From Dendrobates tinctorius (lineage: Eukaryota): 64,000 nt of DNA. The DNA is taken from positions 25,916,001 to 25,980,000 of the forward strand of contig NW_027361731.1 of the NCBI RefSeq assembly GCF_039654945.1, in the 5' to 3' direction. This document shows positions 48,443 to 61,791 of the stretch, in pieces. Position numbers and translations under genes: made by a program. The notes below the pieces were generated by a model. It saw nothing but the letters and a program-made list of their open reading frames with translations, made no database searches and was not told where the DNA came from. The stretch's first letter is position 1, and each line of letters starts with the position of its first letter.

Positions 48443-51400
48443 CACTCTGTGCTGCTGTCACCCTGCTCCTTCCTCCATATATCTCTCTCTGTGCCCCCCA
48501 TAGACCAGCACACTGCTCTCCTGAAATACTCTGTGCTGCTGTCAACCTGCTCCTCCACCATATATCTCCCTCTGTGACCCCCATAGACCAGCACACTGCT
48601 CTCCTGAAATACTCTGTGCTGCTGTCACCCTGCTCCTCCCCCATATATCTCCCTCTGTGACCCCCATAGACCAGCACACTGCTCTCCTGAAATACTCTGT
48701 GCTGCTGTCACCCTGCTCCTCCCCATATATCTCCCTCTGTGACCCCCCATAGACCAGCACACTGCTCTCCTGAAGTACTCTGTGCTGCTGTCACCCTGCT
48801 CCTCCACCATATATCTCCCTCTGTGACCCCCATAGACCAGCACACTGCTCTCCTGAAATACTCAGTGCTGCTGTCACCCTGCTCCTCCACCATATATCTC
48901 CCTCTGTGCCCCCCATAGACCAGCACACTGCTCTCCTGAAATACTCTGTGCTGCTGTCACCTTGCTCCTCCACCATATATCTCCCTCTGTGCCCCCCATA
49001 GACCAGCACACTGCTCTCCTGAAATACTCTGTGCTGCTGTCACCCTGCTCCTCCACCATATATCTCCCTCTGTGACCCCCATAGACCAGCACACTGCTCT
49101 CCTGAAATACTCTGTGCTGCTGTCACCCTGCTCCTTCCCCATATATCTCCCTCTGTGACCCTCCATAGACCAGCACACTGCTCTCCTGAAATACTCTGTG
49201 CTGCTGTCACCCTGCTCCTCCACCATATATCTCCCTCTGTGACCCCCCATAGACCAGCACACTGCTCTCCTGAAATACTCTGTGCTGCTGTCACCCTGCT
49301 CCTCCACACTATATCTCCCTCTGTGACCCCCATAGACCAGCACACTGCTCTCCTGAAATACTCAGTGCTGCTGTCACCCTGCTCCTCCACCATATATCTC
49401 CCTCTGTGCCCCCCATAGACCAGCACACTGCTCACCTGAAATACTCTGTGCTGCTGTCACCCTGCTCCTCCACCATATATCTCCCTCTGTGACCCCCATA
49501 GACCAGCACACTGCTCTCCTGAAATACTCTGTGCTGCTGTCACCCTGCTCCCTCCACCATATATCTCCCTCTGTGACCCTCCATAGACCAGCACACTGCT
49601 CTCCTGAAATACTCTGTGCTGCTGTCACCCTGCTCCTTCCTCCATATATCTCTCTCTGTGCCCCCATAGACCAGCACACTGCTCTCCTGAAATACTCTGT
49701 GCTGCTGTCACCCTGCTCCTCCACAATATATCTCCCTCTGTGACCCCCATAGACCAGCACACTGCTCTCCTGAAATACTCTGTGCTGCTGTCACCTTGCT
49801 CCTCCACCATATATCTCCCTCTGTGACCCCCATAGACCAGCACACTGCTCTCCTGAAATACTCTGTGCTGCTGTCACACTGCTCCTTCCCCATATATCTC
49901 CCTCTGTGACCCCCCCATAGACCAGCACACTGCTCTCCTGAAATACTCTGTGCTGCTGTCACCCTGCTCCCTCCACCATATATCTCCCTCTGTGACCCTC
50001 CATAGACCAGCACACTGCTCTCCTGAAATACTCTGTGCTGCTGTCACCCTGCTCCTCCACCATATATCTCCCTCTGTGACCCCCCATAGACCAGCACACT
50101 GCTCTCCTGAAATACTCTGTGCTGCCGTCACCCTGCTCCTCCACACTATATCTCCCTCTGTGACCCCATAGACCAGCACACTGCTCTCCTGAAATACTCT
50201 GTGCTGCTGTCACCCTGCTCCTCCCCCATATATCTCCCTCTGTGACCCCCCATAGACCAGCACACTGCTCTCCTGAAGTACTCTGTGCTGCTGTCACCCT
50301 GCTCCTCCACCATATATCTCCCTCTGTGACCCCCATAGACCAGCACACTGCTCTCCTGAAATACTCAGTGCTGCTGTCACCCTGCTCCTCCACCATATAT
50401 CTCCCTCTGTGACCCCCCATAGACCAGCACACTGCTCTCCTGAAATACTCTGTGCTGCTGTCACCTTGCTCCTCCACCATATATCTCCCTCTGTTCCCCC
50501 CATAGACCAGCACACTGCTCTCCTGAAATACTCTGTGCTGCTGTCACCCTGCTCCTCCACCATATATCTCCCTCTGTGACCCCCATAGACCAGCACACTG
50601 CTCTCCTGAAATACTCTGTGCTGCTGTCACCCTGCTCCTTCCCCATATATCTCCCTCTGTGACCCCCCCATAGACCAGCACACTGCTCTCCTGAAATACT
50701 CTGTGCTGCTGTCACCCTGCTCCCTCCACCATATATCTCCCTCTGTGACCCTCCATAGACCAGCACACTGCTCTCCTGAAATACTCTGTGCTCCATCCAC
50801 CATATATCTCCCTCTGTGACCCTCATAGACCAGCACACTGCTCTCCTGAAATACTCTGTGCTGCTGTCACCTTGCTCCTCCACCATATATCTCCCTCTGT
50901 GACCCCCCATAGACCAGCACACTGCTCTCCTGCAATACTCTGTGCTGCTGTCACCCTGCTCCTCCACCATATATCTCCCTCTGTGACCCCCCCTATAGAC
51001 CAGCACACTGCTCTCCTGAAATACTCTGTGCTGCTGTCACCCTGCTCCTCCACCATATATCTCCCTCTGTGACTCCCCATAGACCAGCACACTGCTCTCC
51101 TGAAATACTCTGTGCTGCTGTCACCCTGCTCCTCCACCATATATCTCCCTCTGTGACCCCCCATAGACCAGCACACTGCTCTCCTGAAATACTCTGTGCT
51201 GCTGTCACCCTGCTCCTCCACCATATATCTCCCTCTATGACCCCCATAGACCAGCACACTGCTCTCCTGAAGTACTCTGTGCTGCAGTCACCCTGCTCCT
51301 TCCCCCATATATCTCCCTCTGTGACCCCCCATAGACCAGCACACTGCTCTCCTGAAATACTCTGTGCTGCTGTCACCCTGCTCCTCCACCATATATCTCT

Positions 51401-53425
51401 CTGTGACCCTCCCATAGACCAGCACACTGCTCTCCTGAAATACTCTGTGCTGCAGTCACCCTGCTCCTTCCCCCATATATCTCCCTCTGTGACCCCCCAT
51501 AGACCAGCACACTGCTCTCCTGAAATACTCTGTGCTGCTGTCACCCTGCTCCTCCACCATATATCTCCCTCTGTGACCCCCATAGACCAGCACACTGCTC
51601 TCCTGAAATACTCTGTGCTGCTGTCACCCTGCTCCTTCCTCCATATAGCTCCCTCTGTAACCCCCATAGACCAGCACACTGCTCTCCTGAAATACTCTGT
51701 GCTGCAGTCACCCTGGTCACCCTGCTCCTCCACCATATATCTCCCTCTGTGACCCCCCATAGACCAGCACACTGTTCTCCTGAAATACTCTGTGCTGCTG
51801 TCACCCTGATCCTCCACCATATATCTCCCTCTGTGACCCCCCATAGACCAGTACACTGCTCTCCTGAAATACTCTGTGCTGCTGTCACCCTGCTCCTCCC
51901 CCATATATCTCCCTCTGTGACCCCCCATAGACCAGTACACTGCTCTCCTGAAATACTCTGTGCTGCTGTCACCCTGCTCCTCCCCCATACATCTCCCTCT
52001 GTGCCCCCCATAGACCAGCGCACTGCTCTCCTGAAATACTCTGTGCTGCTGTCACCCTGCTCCTCCACCATATATCTCCCTCTATGACCCCCATAGACCA
52101 GCACACTGCTCTCCTGAAATACTCTGTGCTGCTGTCACCCTGCTCCTCCACCATATATCTCTCTCTGTGACCCCCCATAGACCAGCACACTGCTCTCCTG
52201 AAATACTCTGTGCTGCTGTCACCCTGCTCCTCCCCCATACATCTCCCTCTGTGCCCCCCATAGACCAGCACACTGCTCTCCTGAAATACTCTGTGCTGCT
52301 GTCACCCTGCTCCTCCACCATATATCTCTCTCTGTGACCCCCCATAGACCAGCACACTGCTCTCCTGAAATACTCTGTGCTGCTGTCACCCTGCTCCTCC
52401 CCCATACATCTCCCTCTGTGCCCCCCATAGACCAGCACACTGCTCTCCTGAAATACTCTGTGCTGCTGTCACCCTGCTCCTCCACCATATATCTCTCTCT
52501 GTGACCCCCCATAGACCAGCACACTGCTCTCCTGAAATACTCTGTGCTGCTGTCACCCTGCTCCTCCACCATATATCTCCCTCTATGACCCCCATAGACC
52601 AGCACACTGCTCTCCTGAAATACTCTGTGCTGCAGTCACCCTGCTCCTCCACCATATATCTCTCTCTGTGACCCCCCATAGACCAGCACACTGCTCTCCT
52701 GAAATACTCTGTGCTGCTGTCACCCTGCTCCTCCCCCATACATCTCCCTCTGTGCCCCCCATAGACCAGCACACTGCTCTCCTGAAATACTCTGTGCTGC
52801 TGTCACCCTGCTCCTCCACCATATATCTCCCTCTATGACCCCCATAGACCAGCACACTGCTCTCCTGAAATACTCTGTGCTGCTGTCACCCTGCTCCTCC
52901 ACCATATATCTCCCTCTGTGACCCCCCATAGACCAGCACACTGCTCTCCTGAAATACTCTGTGCTGCTGTCACCCTGCTCCTCCACCATATATCTCTCTC
53001 TGTGACCCCCCATAGACCAGCACACTGCTCTCCTGAAATACTCTGTGCTGCTGTCACCCTGCTCCTCCACCATATATCTCCCTCTGTGACCCCCCATAGA
53101 CCAGCACACTGCTCTCCTGAAATACTCTGTGCTGCTGTCACCCTGCTCCTCCACCATATATCTCCCTCTGTGACCCCCATAGACCAGCACACTGCTCTCC
53201 TGAAATACTCTGTTCTGCTGTCACCCTGCTCCTCCACCATATATCTCTCTCTGTGACTCCCATAGACCAGCACACTGCTCTCCTGAAATACTCTGTGCTG
53301 CTGTCACCTTGCTCCTCCACCATATATCTCCCTCTGTGACCCCCATAGACCAGCACACTGCTCTCCTGAAATACTCTGTGCTGCTGTCACCCTGCTCCTT
53401 CCCCCATATATCCCCCTCTGACCCT
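48443..53425. repeat. 83-84-bp minisatellite, about 60 copies, filling TMEM220 intron 1
   Basis: Directly visible (CATAGACCAGCACACTGCTCTCCTGAAATACTCTGTGCTGCTGTCACCCTG...). Confidence 0.98.
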
Positions 53426-53446
53426 CTCCGGCACACACAGGGTTAC

Positions 53447-53545
53447 CTGCACATAGGCCGCCATGGTGAGGAATGCCGCCATGAGGACATTGCAGAGCCT
53501 CCACAGTGGCTGCTGGTCCCGGGCTGTGGGCCTTGCTGTCTCCAT
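53447..53545 (-). CDS. tmem220: TMEM220 exon 1 coding part
   Basis: METARPTARDQQPLWRLCNVLMAAFLTMAAYVQ|gtaacc; the six exons total 498 nt = 165 aa + stop. Confidence 0.93.
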
Positions 53546-53980
53546 ATTCCTCTGGTCTCTCTCGTCCTCTGTGTGTGGCTCATGTGACTCCTCCTGATGT
53601 TGCGGAAGCTCCGCCCTCTGTTTAACCCTTCTCTGACTGTTTCCGTCACGGCGTGTTCCTGCTATTCATTGCCGGGATGCCAGGGGCTGAGTGCGGGCGG
53701 GCGGGCGGGCGGCTGATAACAGAGAGCAGCAGCTCACAGCGCAAAGTGACAGATTTTGCCTGTGGAGATGCAGAACTGTGATCTTGGCGTCCTCTGGCGG
53801 CTGTGGCGGGTATGGCGGTTCCCTCTCATGAGGGCGTGGTGTCACGTGTGTGCGGGAGAGGTGTCTCTTGTGTGGGCGGGGTCTGCTGTGTGCGATGGAT
53901 CGTAGGATTAGATGGTGGGTGGAGTCTCCATGTGGGCGGGGCGGGCTGTGACAGGAAGCGTTTGCCCGCAGCGCCGGGTA
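53546..53980. promoter_or_regulatory. GC/CpG-rich putative bidirectional promoter for tmem220 and adprm
   Basis: Multiple GGGCGG boxes (53695-53712, 53874, 53934-53945), an ETS-like CGGAAG at ~53603, CpG enrichment between two divergent genes. Confidence 0.6.
53945..53977 (+). other. adprm: Probable non-coding first exon of adprm (start uncertain)
   Basis: Strong donor CGG|GTAAGG after 53977; the ATG-bearing exon has its own acceptor (TTTCAG|G at 60054/60055), so an upstream exon is implied. Confidence 0.5.
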
Positions 53981-54402
53981 AGGGCAGGATTAACCCCTGC
54001 GGTGCTGCACCCCTCCTCTCGGTATGCACAGGCTCCGAGGAGCACCGCGTTATTTGGGGGGAGGAGTACACGAGGCCGGGTGGTGCGGAGCTCCCTGCCG
54101 CCTTGTGGGGAGTTCTGCGGTCACCAGGAGGGTGTAGTCAGGGTGACTCCAGCATTAGGGGGTCATAGTGACAGAGACGCCTCACCTAGGAACAGAGGCC
54201 TAGGAAGAAGGATCGTTGTAATGGCCGGGGTCAGAGGAGGGTGTGAGGGAGCGGTATGAGGCAGAAGTCGGTTTCTTAGTCCTCAGCTCTTATGCAAATC
54301 TGTGAAAATCACCTCTCTGCCCAGTTCTGAGGCCCAGAACCCATTTGGGTCAGGCTGGAGGGTCCCGGGTGTGATGTGGGGCTCCCTGGTCTATATGTAC
54401 TT

Positions 54403-57400
54403 GTGGGGTCTTCTAGCGTGTGACAATGGTGGACACGTGGGGTCTTCTAGCGTGTGACAATGGTGGACACGTGGGGTCTTCTAGCGTGTGACAGTGGTGG
54501 ACACGTGGGGTCTTCTAGCGTGTGACAATGGTGGACACGTGGGGTCTTCTAGCGTGTGACAGTGGTGGACACGTGGGGTCTTCTAGCGTGTGACAGTGGT
54601 GGACACGTGGGGTCTTCTAGCGTGTGACAATGGTGGACACGTGGGGTCTTCTAGCGTGTGACAGTGGTGGACACGTGGGGTCTTCTAGCTTGTGACAATG
54701 GTGGACACGTGGGGTATTCTAGCGTGTGACAGTGGTGGACACGTGGGGTCTTCTAGCGTGTGACAATGGTGGACACGTGGGGTCTTCTAGCGTGTGACAG
54801 TGGTGGACACGTGGGGTCTTCTAGCGTGTGACAATGGTGGACACGTGGGGTATTCTAGCGTGTGACAGTGGTGGACACGTGGGGTCTTCTAGCATGTGAC
54901 AATGGTGGACACGTGGGGTATTCTAGCGTGTGACAGTGGTGGACACGTGGGGTCTTCTAGCGTGTGACAATGGTGGACACGTGGGGTCTTCTAGCGTGTG
55001 ACAGTGGTGGACACGTGGGGTCTTCTAGCGTGTGACAATGGTGGACACGTGGGGTCTTCTAGCGTGTGACAGTGGTGGACACGTGGGGTCTTCTAGCGTG
55101 TGACAGTGGTGGACACGTGGTGACTTCTAGCGTGTGACAGTGGTGGACACATGGGGTATTCTAGCGTGTGACAGTGGTGGACACGTGGGGTCTTCTAGCG
55201 TGTGACAATGGTGGACACGTGGGGTCTTCTAGCGTGTGACAATGGTGGACACGGGTCTTCTAGCGTGTGACAGTGGTGGACACGTGGGGTCTTCTAGAGT
55301 GTGACAGTGGTGGACACATTGGGTATTCTAGCGTGTGACAGTGGTGGACACATGGGGTATTCTAGCGTGTGACAGTGGTGGACATGTGGGGTCTTCTAGC
55401 GTGTGACAATGGTGGACACGTGGGGTCTTCTAGCGTGTGACAATGGTGGACACGTGGGGTCTTCTAGCGTGTGACAATGGTGGACACGTGGGGTCTTCTA
55501 GCGTGTGACAGTGGTGGACACGTGGGGTCTTCTAGCGTGTGACAGTGGTGGACACGTGGGGTCTTCTAGCGTGTGACAGTGGTGGACACGTGGGGTCTTC
55601 TAGCATGTGACAATGGTGGACACGTAGGGTCTTCTAGCGTGTGACAGTGGTGGACACGTGGTGACTTCTAGCGTGTGACAGTGGTGGACACTTGGGGTCT
55701 TCTAGCGTGTGACAGTGGTGGACACGTGGGGTCTTCTAGCGTGTGACAGTGGTGGACACGTGGGGTCTTCTAGCGTGTGACAGTGGTGGACACGTGGGGT
55801 CTTCTAGCGTGTGACAGTGGTGGACACTTGGGGTCTTCTAGCGTGTGACAGTGGTGGACACGTGGGGTCTTCTAGCGTGTGACAGTGGTGGACACGTGGG
55901 GTCTTCTAGCGTGTGACAGTGGTGGACACGTGGGGTCTTCTAGCGTGTGACAGTGGTGGACACGTGGGGTCTTCTAGCGTGTAACAGTGGTGGACACGTG
56001 GGGTCTTCTAGAGTGTGACAGTGGTGGACATGTGGGGTCTTCTAGCGTGTGACAGTGGTGGACACGTGGGGTCTTCTAGCATGTGACAGTGGTGGACACG
56101 TGGGGTCTTCTAGCGTGTGACAGTGGTGGACACGTGACTTCTAGCGTGTGACAGTGGTGGACACGTGACTTCTAGCGTGTGACAATGGTGGACACGTGAC
56201 TTCTAGCGTGTGACAGTGGTGGACACGTGGGGTCTTCTAGCGTGTGACAGTAGTGGACACGTGGGGTCTTCTAGCGTGTGACAATGGTGGACACGTGGGG
56301 TCTTCTAGCATGTGACAATGGTGGACACGTGGGGTCTTCTAGCGTGTGACAGTGGTGGACACGTGGGGACTTCTAGCGTGTGACTGTGGTGGACACGTGG
56401 TGACTTCTAGCGTGTAACAGTGGTGGACATGTGGGGTCTTCTAGCGTGTGACAGTGGTGGACACGTGGGGACTTCTAGCGTGTGACAGTGGTGGACACGT
56501 GGGGTCTTCTAGCATGTGACAGTTGTGGACACGTGGGGTGTTCTAGCGTGTGACAGTGGTGGAGACACGTGACTTCTAGCGTGTGACAGTGGTGGACACG
56601 TGGGGTCTTCTAGCGTGTGACAGTGGTGGACACGTGGGGACGGGGTCTTCTAGCGTGTGACACTGGTGAACACGTGGGGTCTTCTAGCGTGTGACAGTGG
56701 TGGACACGTGGGGACGGGGTCTTCTAGCGTGTGACAATGGTGGACACGTGGGGTCTTCTAGCGTGTGACAGTGGTGGACACGTGGGGACTTCTAGCGTGT
56801 GACAGTGGTAGACACGTGGGGTCTTCTAGTGTGTGACAGTGGTGGACACGTGGGGTTTTCTAGCATGTGACAGTGGTGGACACGTGGGGTCTTCTAGCGT
56901 GTGACAGTGGTGGACACATGGTGACTTCTAGCGTGTGACAATGGTGGACACTTGGAGTCTTCTAGCGTGTGACAGTGGTGGACACGTGGGGTCTTCTAGC
57001 GTGTGACAATGGTGGACACGTGGGGTCTTCTAGCGTGTGACAGTGGTGGACACGTGGGGTCTTCTAGCGTGTGACAGTGGTGGACACGTGGGGTCTTCTA
57101 GCGTGTGACAATGGTGGACACGTGGGGTCTTCTAGCGTGTGACAGTGGTGGACACGTAGGGTCTTCTAGCATGTGACAGTGGTGGGGACGGGGTTTTCTA
57201 GTGTGTGACACTGGTGGACACGTGTGGTCTTCTAGCATGTGACAGTGGTGGACACGTGGGGTGTTCTAGAGTGTGACAGTGGTGGAGACACGTGGTGACT
57301 TCTAGAGTGTGACAGTGGTGGAGACACGTGGTGACTTCTAGCGTGTGACAGTGGTGGACACGTGGTGACTTTTAGCGTGTGACAATGGTGGACACGTGAC

Positions 57401-59885
57401 TTCTAGCGTGTGACAGTGGTGGACACGTGGGGTCTTCTAGCGTGTGACAGTGGTGGACACGTGGGGACGGGGTCTTCTAGCGTGTGACAGTGGTGGACAC
57501 GTGGGGACGGGGTCTTCTAGCGTGTGACAATGGTGGACACGTGGGGTCTTCTAGCGTGTGACAGTGGTGGACACGTGGGGACTTCTAGCGTGTGACAGTG
57601 GTAGACACGTGGGGTCTTCTAGTGTGTGACAGTGGTGGACACGTGGGGTCTTCTAGCATGTGACAGTGGTGGACACGTGGGGTCTTCTAGCGTGTGACAG
57701 TGGTGGACACATGGTGACTTCTAGCGTGTGACAATGGTGGACACTTGGAGTCTTCTAGCGTGTGACAATGGTGGACACGTGGGGTCTTCTAGCGTGTGAC
57801 AGTGGTGGACACGTGGGGTCTTCTAGCGTGTGACAGTGGTGGACACGTGGGGTCTTCTAGCGTGTGACAATGGTGGACACGTGGGGTCTTCTAGCGTGTG
57901 ACACTGGTGGACACGTGTGGTCTTCTAGCATGTGACAGTGGTGGGGACGGGGTTTTCTAGCGTGTGACACTGGTGGACACGTGTGGTCTTCTAGCATGTG
58001 ACAGTGGTGGACACGTGGGGTGTTCTAGAGTGTGACAGTGGTGGAGACACGTGGTGACTTCTAGAGTGTGACAGTGGTGGAGACACGTGGTGACTTCTAG
58101 CGTGTGACAGTGGTGGACACGTGGTGACTTTTAGCGTGTGACAATGGTGGACACGTGACTTCTAGCGTGCGACAGTGGTGGACACGTGGGGACGGGTTCT
58201 AGCGTGTGACAATGGTGGGGACGGGTTCTAGCGTGTGACAATGGTGGACACGTGGTGACTTCTAGCGTGGGACAATGGTGGACACGTAGGGACTTCTAGC
58301 GTGTGACAGTGGTGGACACGTGGGGACTTCTAGCGTGTGACAGTGGTGGACACGTGGGGACTTCTAGCGTGTGACAGTGGTGGACACGTAGGGTCTTCTA
58401 GCGTGTGACAGTGGTGGACACGTAGGGTCTTCTAGCGTGTGACAGTGGTGGACACGTGGGGACGTCTAGCGTGTGACAGTGGTGGACACGTAGGGTCTTC
58501 TAGCGTGTGACAGTGGTGGACACGTGGGGACTTCTAGCGTGTGACAGTGGTGGACACGTAGGGTCTTCTAGCGTGTGACAATGGTGGACACATGGGGACA
58601 GGGTCTTCTAGCGTGTGACAATGGTGGACACGTTGGGTCTTCTAGCATGTGACAATGGTGGACACGTGGGGACTTCTAGCGTGTGACAATGGTGGACACG
58701 TGGGGACAGGGTCTTCTAGCGTGTGACAATGGTGGACACGTAGGGTCTTCTAGCACGTGACAATGGTGGACACGTAGGGTCTTCTAGCGTGTGATAGTGG
58801 TGGAGACACGTGGGGACTTCTAGCATGTGACAATGGTGGACACGTAGGGTCTTCTAGCGTGTGATAGTGGTGGAGACACGTGGGGACTTCTAGCATGTGA
58901 CAATGGTGGAGACGTAGGGTCTTCTAGCATGTGACAATGGTGGACACGTGGGGACTTCTAGCATGTGACAATGGTGGACACGTGGGGACTTCTAGTGTGT
59001 GACTGGTGGACACGTGGGGACTTCTAGCGTGTGACTGGTGGACACGTGGTGACTTCTAGCGTGTGAGTGGTGGTCACGTGGTGACTTCTAGCGTGTGACA
59101 GTGGTGGACACGTGGTGACTTCTAGCGTGTGACAGTGGTGGACACGTGGTGACTTCTAGCGTGTGACAGTGGTGGACACGTGGTGACTTCTAGCGTGTGA
59201 CAGTGGTGGACACGTGGTGACTTCTAGCGTGTGACAGTGGTGGACACGTGATTTCTAGCATGTGACAGTGGTGGACACGTGAATTCTAGCATGTGACAGT
59301 GGTGGACACGTGGTGACTTCTAGCATGTGACAGTGGTGGACACGTGGTGACTTCTAGCATGTGACAGTGGTGGACACGTGGTGACTTCTAGCATGTGACA
59401 GTGGTGGACACGTGGTGACTTCTAGCATGTGACAGTGGTGGACACGTGGTGACTTCTAGCATGTGACAGTGGTGGACACGTGGTGACTTCTAACATGTGA
59501 CAGTGGTGGACACGTGGTGACTTCTAGCATGTGACAGTGGTGGACACGTGGTGACTTCTAGCATGTGACAGTGGTGGACACGTGGTGACTTCTAGCATGT
59601 GACAGTGGTGGACACGTGGTGACTTCTAGCATGTGACAGTGGTGGACACGTTTTGACTTCTAGCATGTGACAGTGGTGGGCACGTTTTGACTTCTAGCAT
59701 GTGACAGTGGTGGACACGTGGTGACTTCTAGCATGTGAGAGTGGTGGACACGTGGTGACTTCTAGCATGTGACAGTGGTGGACACGTGTCTTCTAGCATA
59801 TGACAGTGGTGGACACGTGACTTCTAGCACGTGAGAGTGGTGGACACGTGGTGACTTCCAGCATGTGAGAGTGGTGGACATGTGT
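54403..59885. repeat. 34-bp minisatellite (GTGGGGTCTTCTAGCGTGTGACAGTGGTGGACAC), about 160 copies, in putative adprm intron 1
   Basis: Directly visible; period of 34 at 54437/54471. Confidence 0.98.
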
Positions 59886-60079
59886 GCGACTGGGCATGGA
59901 CCCAGCAGCTGGCGGGTGTTAGAGGGAATAATGAGGCTCCACATGTGCCGTTGTGCATTGCGATGACTTTGGGTCTCACCCACCAGTGGGTCCAGTCATC
60001 ATTGATCCATTTCTTTGCATAGTGATTGACGCCTCTCTGAATATTGTATTTCAGGAGCTGAGACCCTGCGAATGAAGAC

Positions 60080-60647
60080 ATGGAGGACCCCTTGTTTACA
60101 TTTGGCGTGATAGCTGACATCCAGTACGCTGACATAGATGACGGGTACAACTATGTGAAGACCAGGATGAGACACTACAGGAATAGTCTATCGTTGCTTC
60201 AAGGAGCCATGCGAGAGTGGGCCTCTGAGCCCGTCACCCCTCAGTTCATCCTCCAGCTTGGGGACCTCATCGATGGCTACAATGTCACCCACCAATCCTC
60301 CGACACGTCACTGAGAAAAGTCCTGACTGAGATTGAAAAGCTGAAGACCCCCATCCATCATATCTGGGGGAACCATGAGTTCTACAACTTCAGCAGGCAG
60401 CACTTAATGGAGTCGAGTCTGAACAGCTCCAGGCTCCCTGGGACATCAAGGTTTTCTGAGACTGGTGGAGACTCCCTGGACTCATTTTACGCCTATCACT
60501 TCAGTCCTTACCCCAAGTTTCGACTCCTTTTAATTGACTCCTATGACTTTAGTGTGATTGGAAGGGATCCGTCCAGTGATGAGCACGTCAAGTCCTTGAA
60601 GCTCTTGAGACAGAAGAATCCGAATGATGATAAGAACAGTCCAAAAG
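60080..60647 (+). CDS. adprm: Mn-dependent ADP-ribose/CDP-alcohol diphosphatase, first coding exon
   Basis: FTFGVIADIQYAD, QLGDLIDG, WGNHEFYNF; donor AAG|gtatca. Confidence 0.95.
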
Positions 60648-60879
60648 GTATCAAAGAGGAACATCATTCAGGTGACCCACCATAAATGGCATTCCTCAAG
60701 GTGCCCATACATCTTCAATAGCTGATGACCCACAGCTAGTAGTCTCAGCTCTCAGCCACAATTTCACCAACCTCTGAGGGCGTCTTATCTTCCCTAGGAA
60801 CAAAAGGATCAGGGGTAGAAATTTAGCATGGCCAGTCAGTCTTTCGACCGTCAAGAGGCTCCCAAAGACTTAGCCCTAA

Positions 60880-61340
60880 GGCCTCTTTCACACTTCAGTT
60901 TTTTGCATCAGTTCAAATCCGCCAAAAAGTCAGACAAGCGGATCCGTTCTCAACTGATGTGAACGGATGGCACAGGATCCGTTTTCAGACGGATCCTGAA
61001 AATGAGGAAATTTAAAGGAAGAGAGAGAGAGAGAGAGAGAATTTTTTTTTTGTCCGGCACCCAGAAAGAATTTCGGGTTAAATTAGTGTCTGAAGGATCC
61101 GCCAGAGGAAAAAAACGTTGCAAGCTCCGTTTTGAAATCTTTGAGGATGGTGACGGACAGCAACTTTTGGCGGATCCTCAAAAAAAACGGATGCAACGGA
61201 CGGCAATCCGTCACAATCCGCCATTAATGGAAGTCAATGGGGAAAAAAAAACGGATCCTCAAAAGAAAATTGAGGATCCGTTTTTTTCAAAACCTGGCGG
61301 ATTGTGACTGATTGTAAAAAACTGAAGTGTGAAAGAGGCC
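60880..61340. mobile_element. Harbinger/Tourist-type MITE in adprm intron
   Basis: TIRs GGCCTCTTTCACACTTCAGTTTTT at both ends; TAA TSD at 60877-60879 and 61341-61343. Confidence 0.9.
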
Positions 61341-61389
61341 TAATTGAGAGGTTATACCAACTTTGCTCTAATGTGAATGAGCACCTTAA

Positions 61390-61464
61390 AGGGGTATTCC
61401 AGTCTAAAAAGTTATTACCGATCACCAACCCTCACCGATTACTATCATAGGCTGAATTACCCCT
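61390..61464. mobile_element. 75-bp miniature T2/Kolobok-type element
   Basis: TTAA|AGGGGTATTCCAG ... CTGAATTACCCCT|TTAA. Confidence 0.6.
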
Positions 61465-61490
61465 TTAAAACCTCACCTGGGTGCATCAAA

Positions 61491-61595
61491 GTCACCTTCT
61501 GGGGACCGTCACCTTCTGGGGACCGTCACCTTCTGGGGACCGTCACCTTCTGGGGACCGTCACCTTCTGGGGACCGTCACCTTCTGGGGACCGTC
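61491..61595. repeat. 17-bp tandem repeat (GTCACCTTCTGGGGACC), about 6 copies
   Basis: Directly visible. Confidence 0.95.
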
Positions 61596-61791
61596 GACTA
61601 CTGAGGAACGTCACCTAGTGAGGAACCACCTACTGAGGAACGTTGACTACTGAGGAACATCTACAGGGTTGTAACACAACTCTTGGGTCTTGTCTTTGTA
61701 ATGTCAGAAATGGGCAGGGGTGTGAAAACTTCTCATTATTTTTTCTGTGTTGTCATTGCCATCAGTTTTGTTGTTTTTTTTTGCCTTTTAG

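Noticed and set aside
48331-53504. Many MLVYGG.. ORFs
   Set aside because: Translation of the 83-bp intronic array. Only the INDPDAEIWI micro-exon and exon 1 of tmem220 are real.
53443-54259. SCO1 first exon at the adprm promoter
   Set aside because: The minus-strand exon there translates to the TMEM220 N-terminus, and no SCO1-like sequence was recognised.
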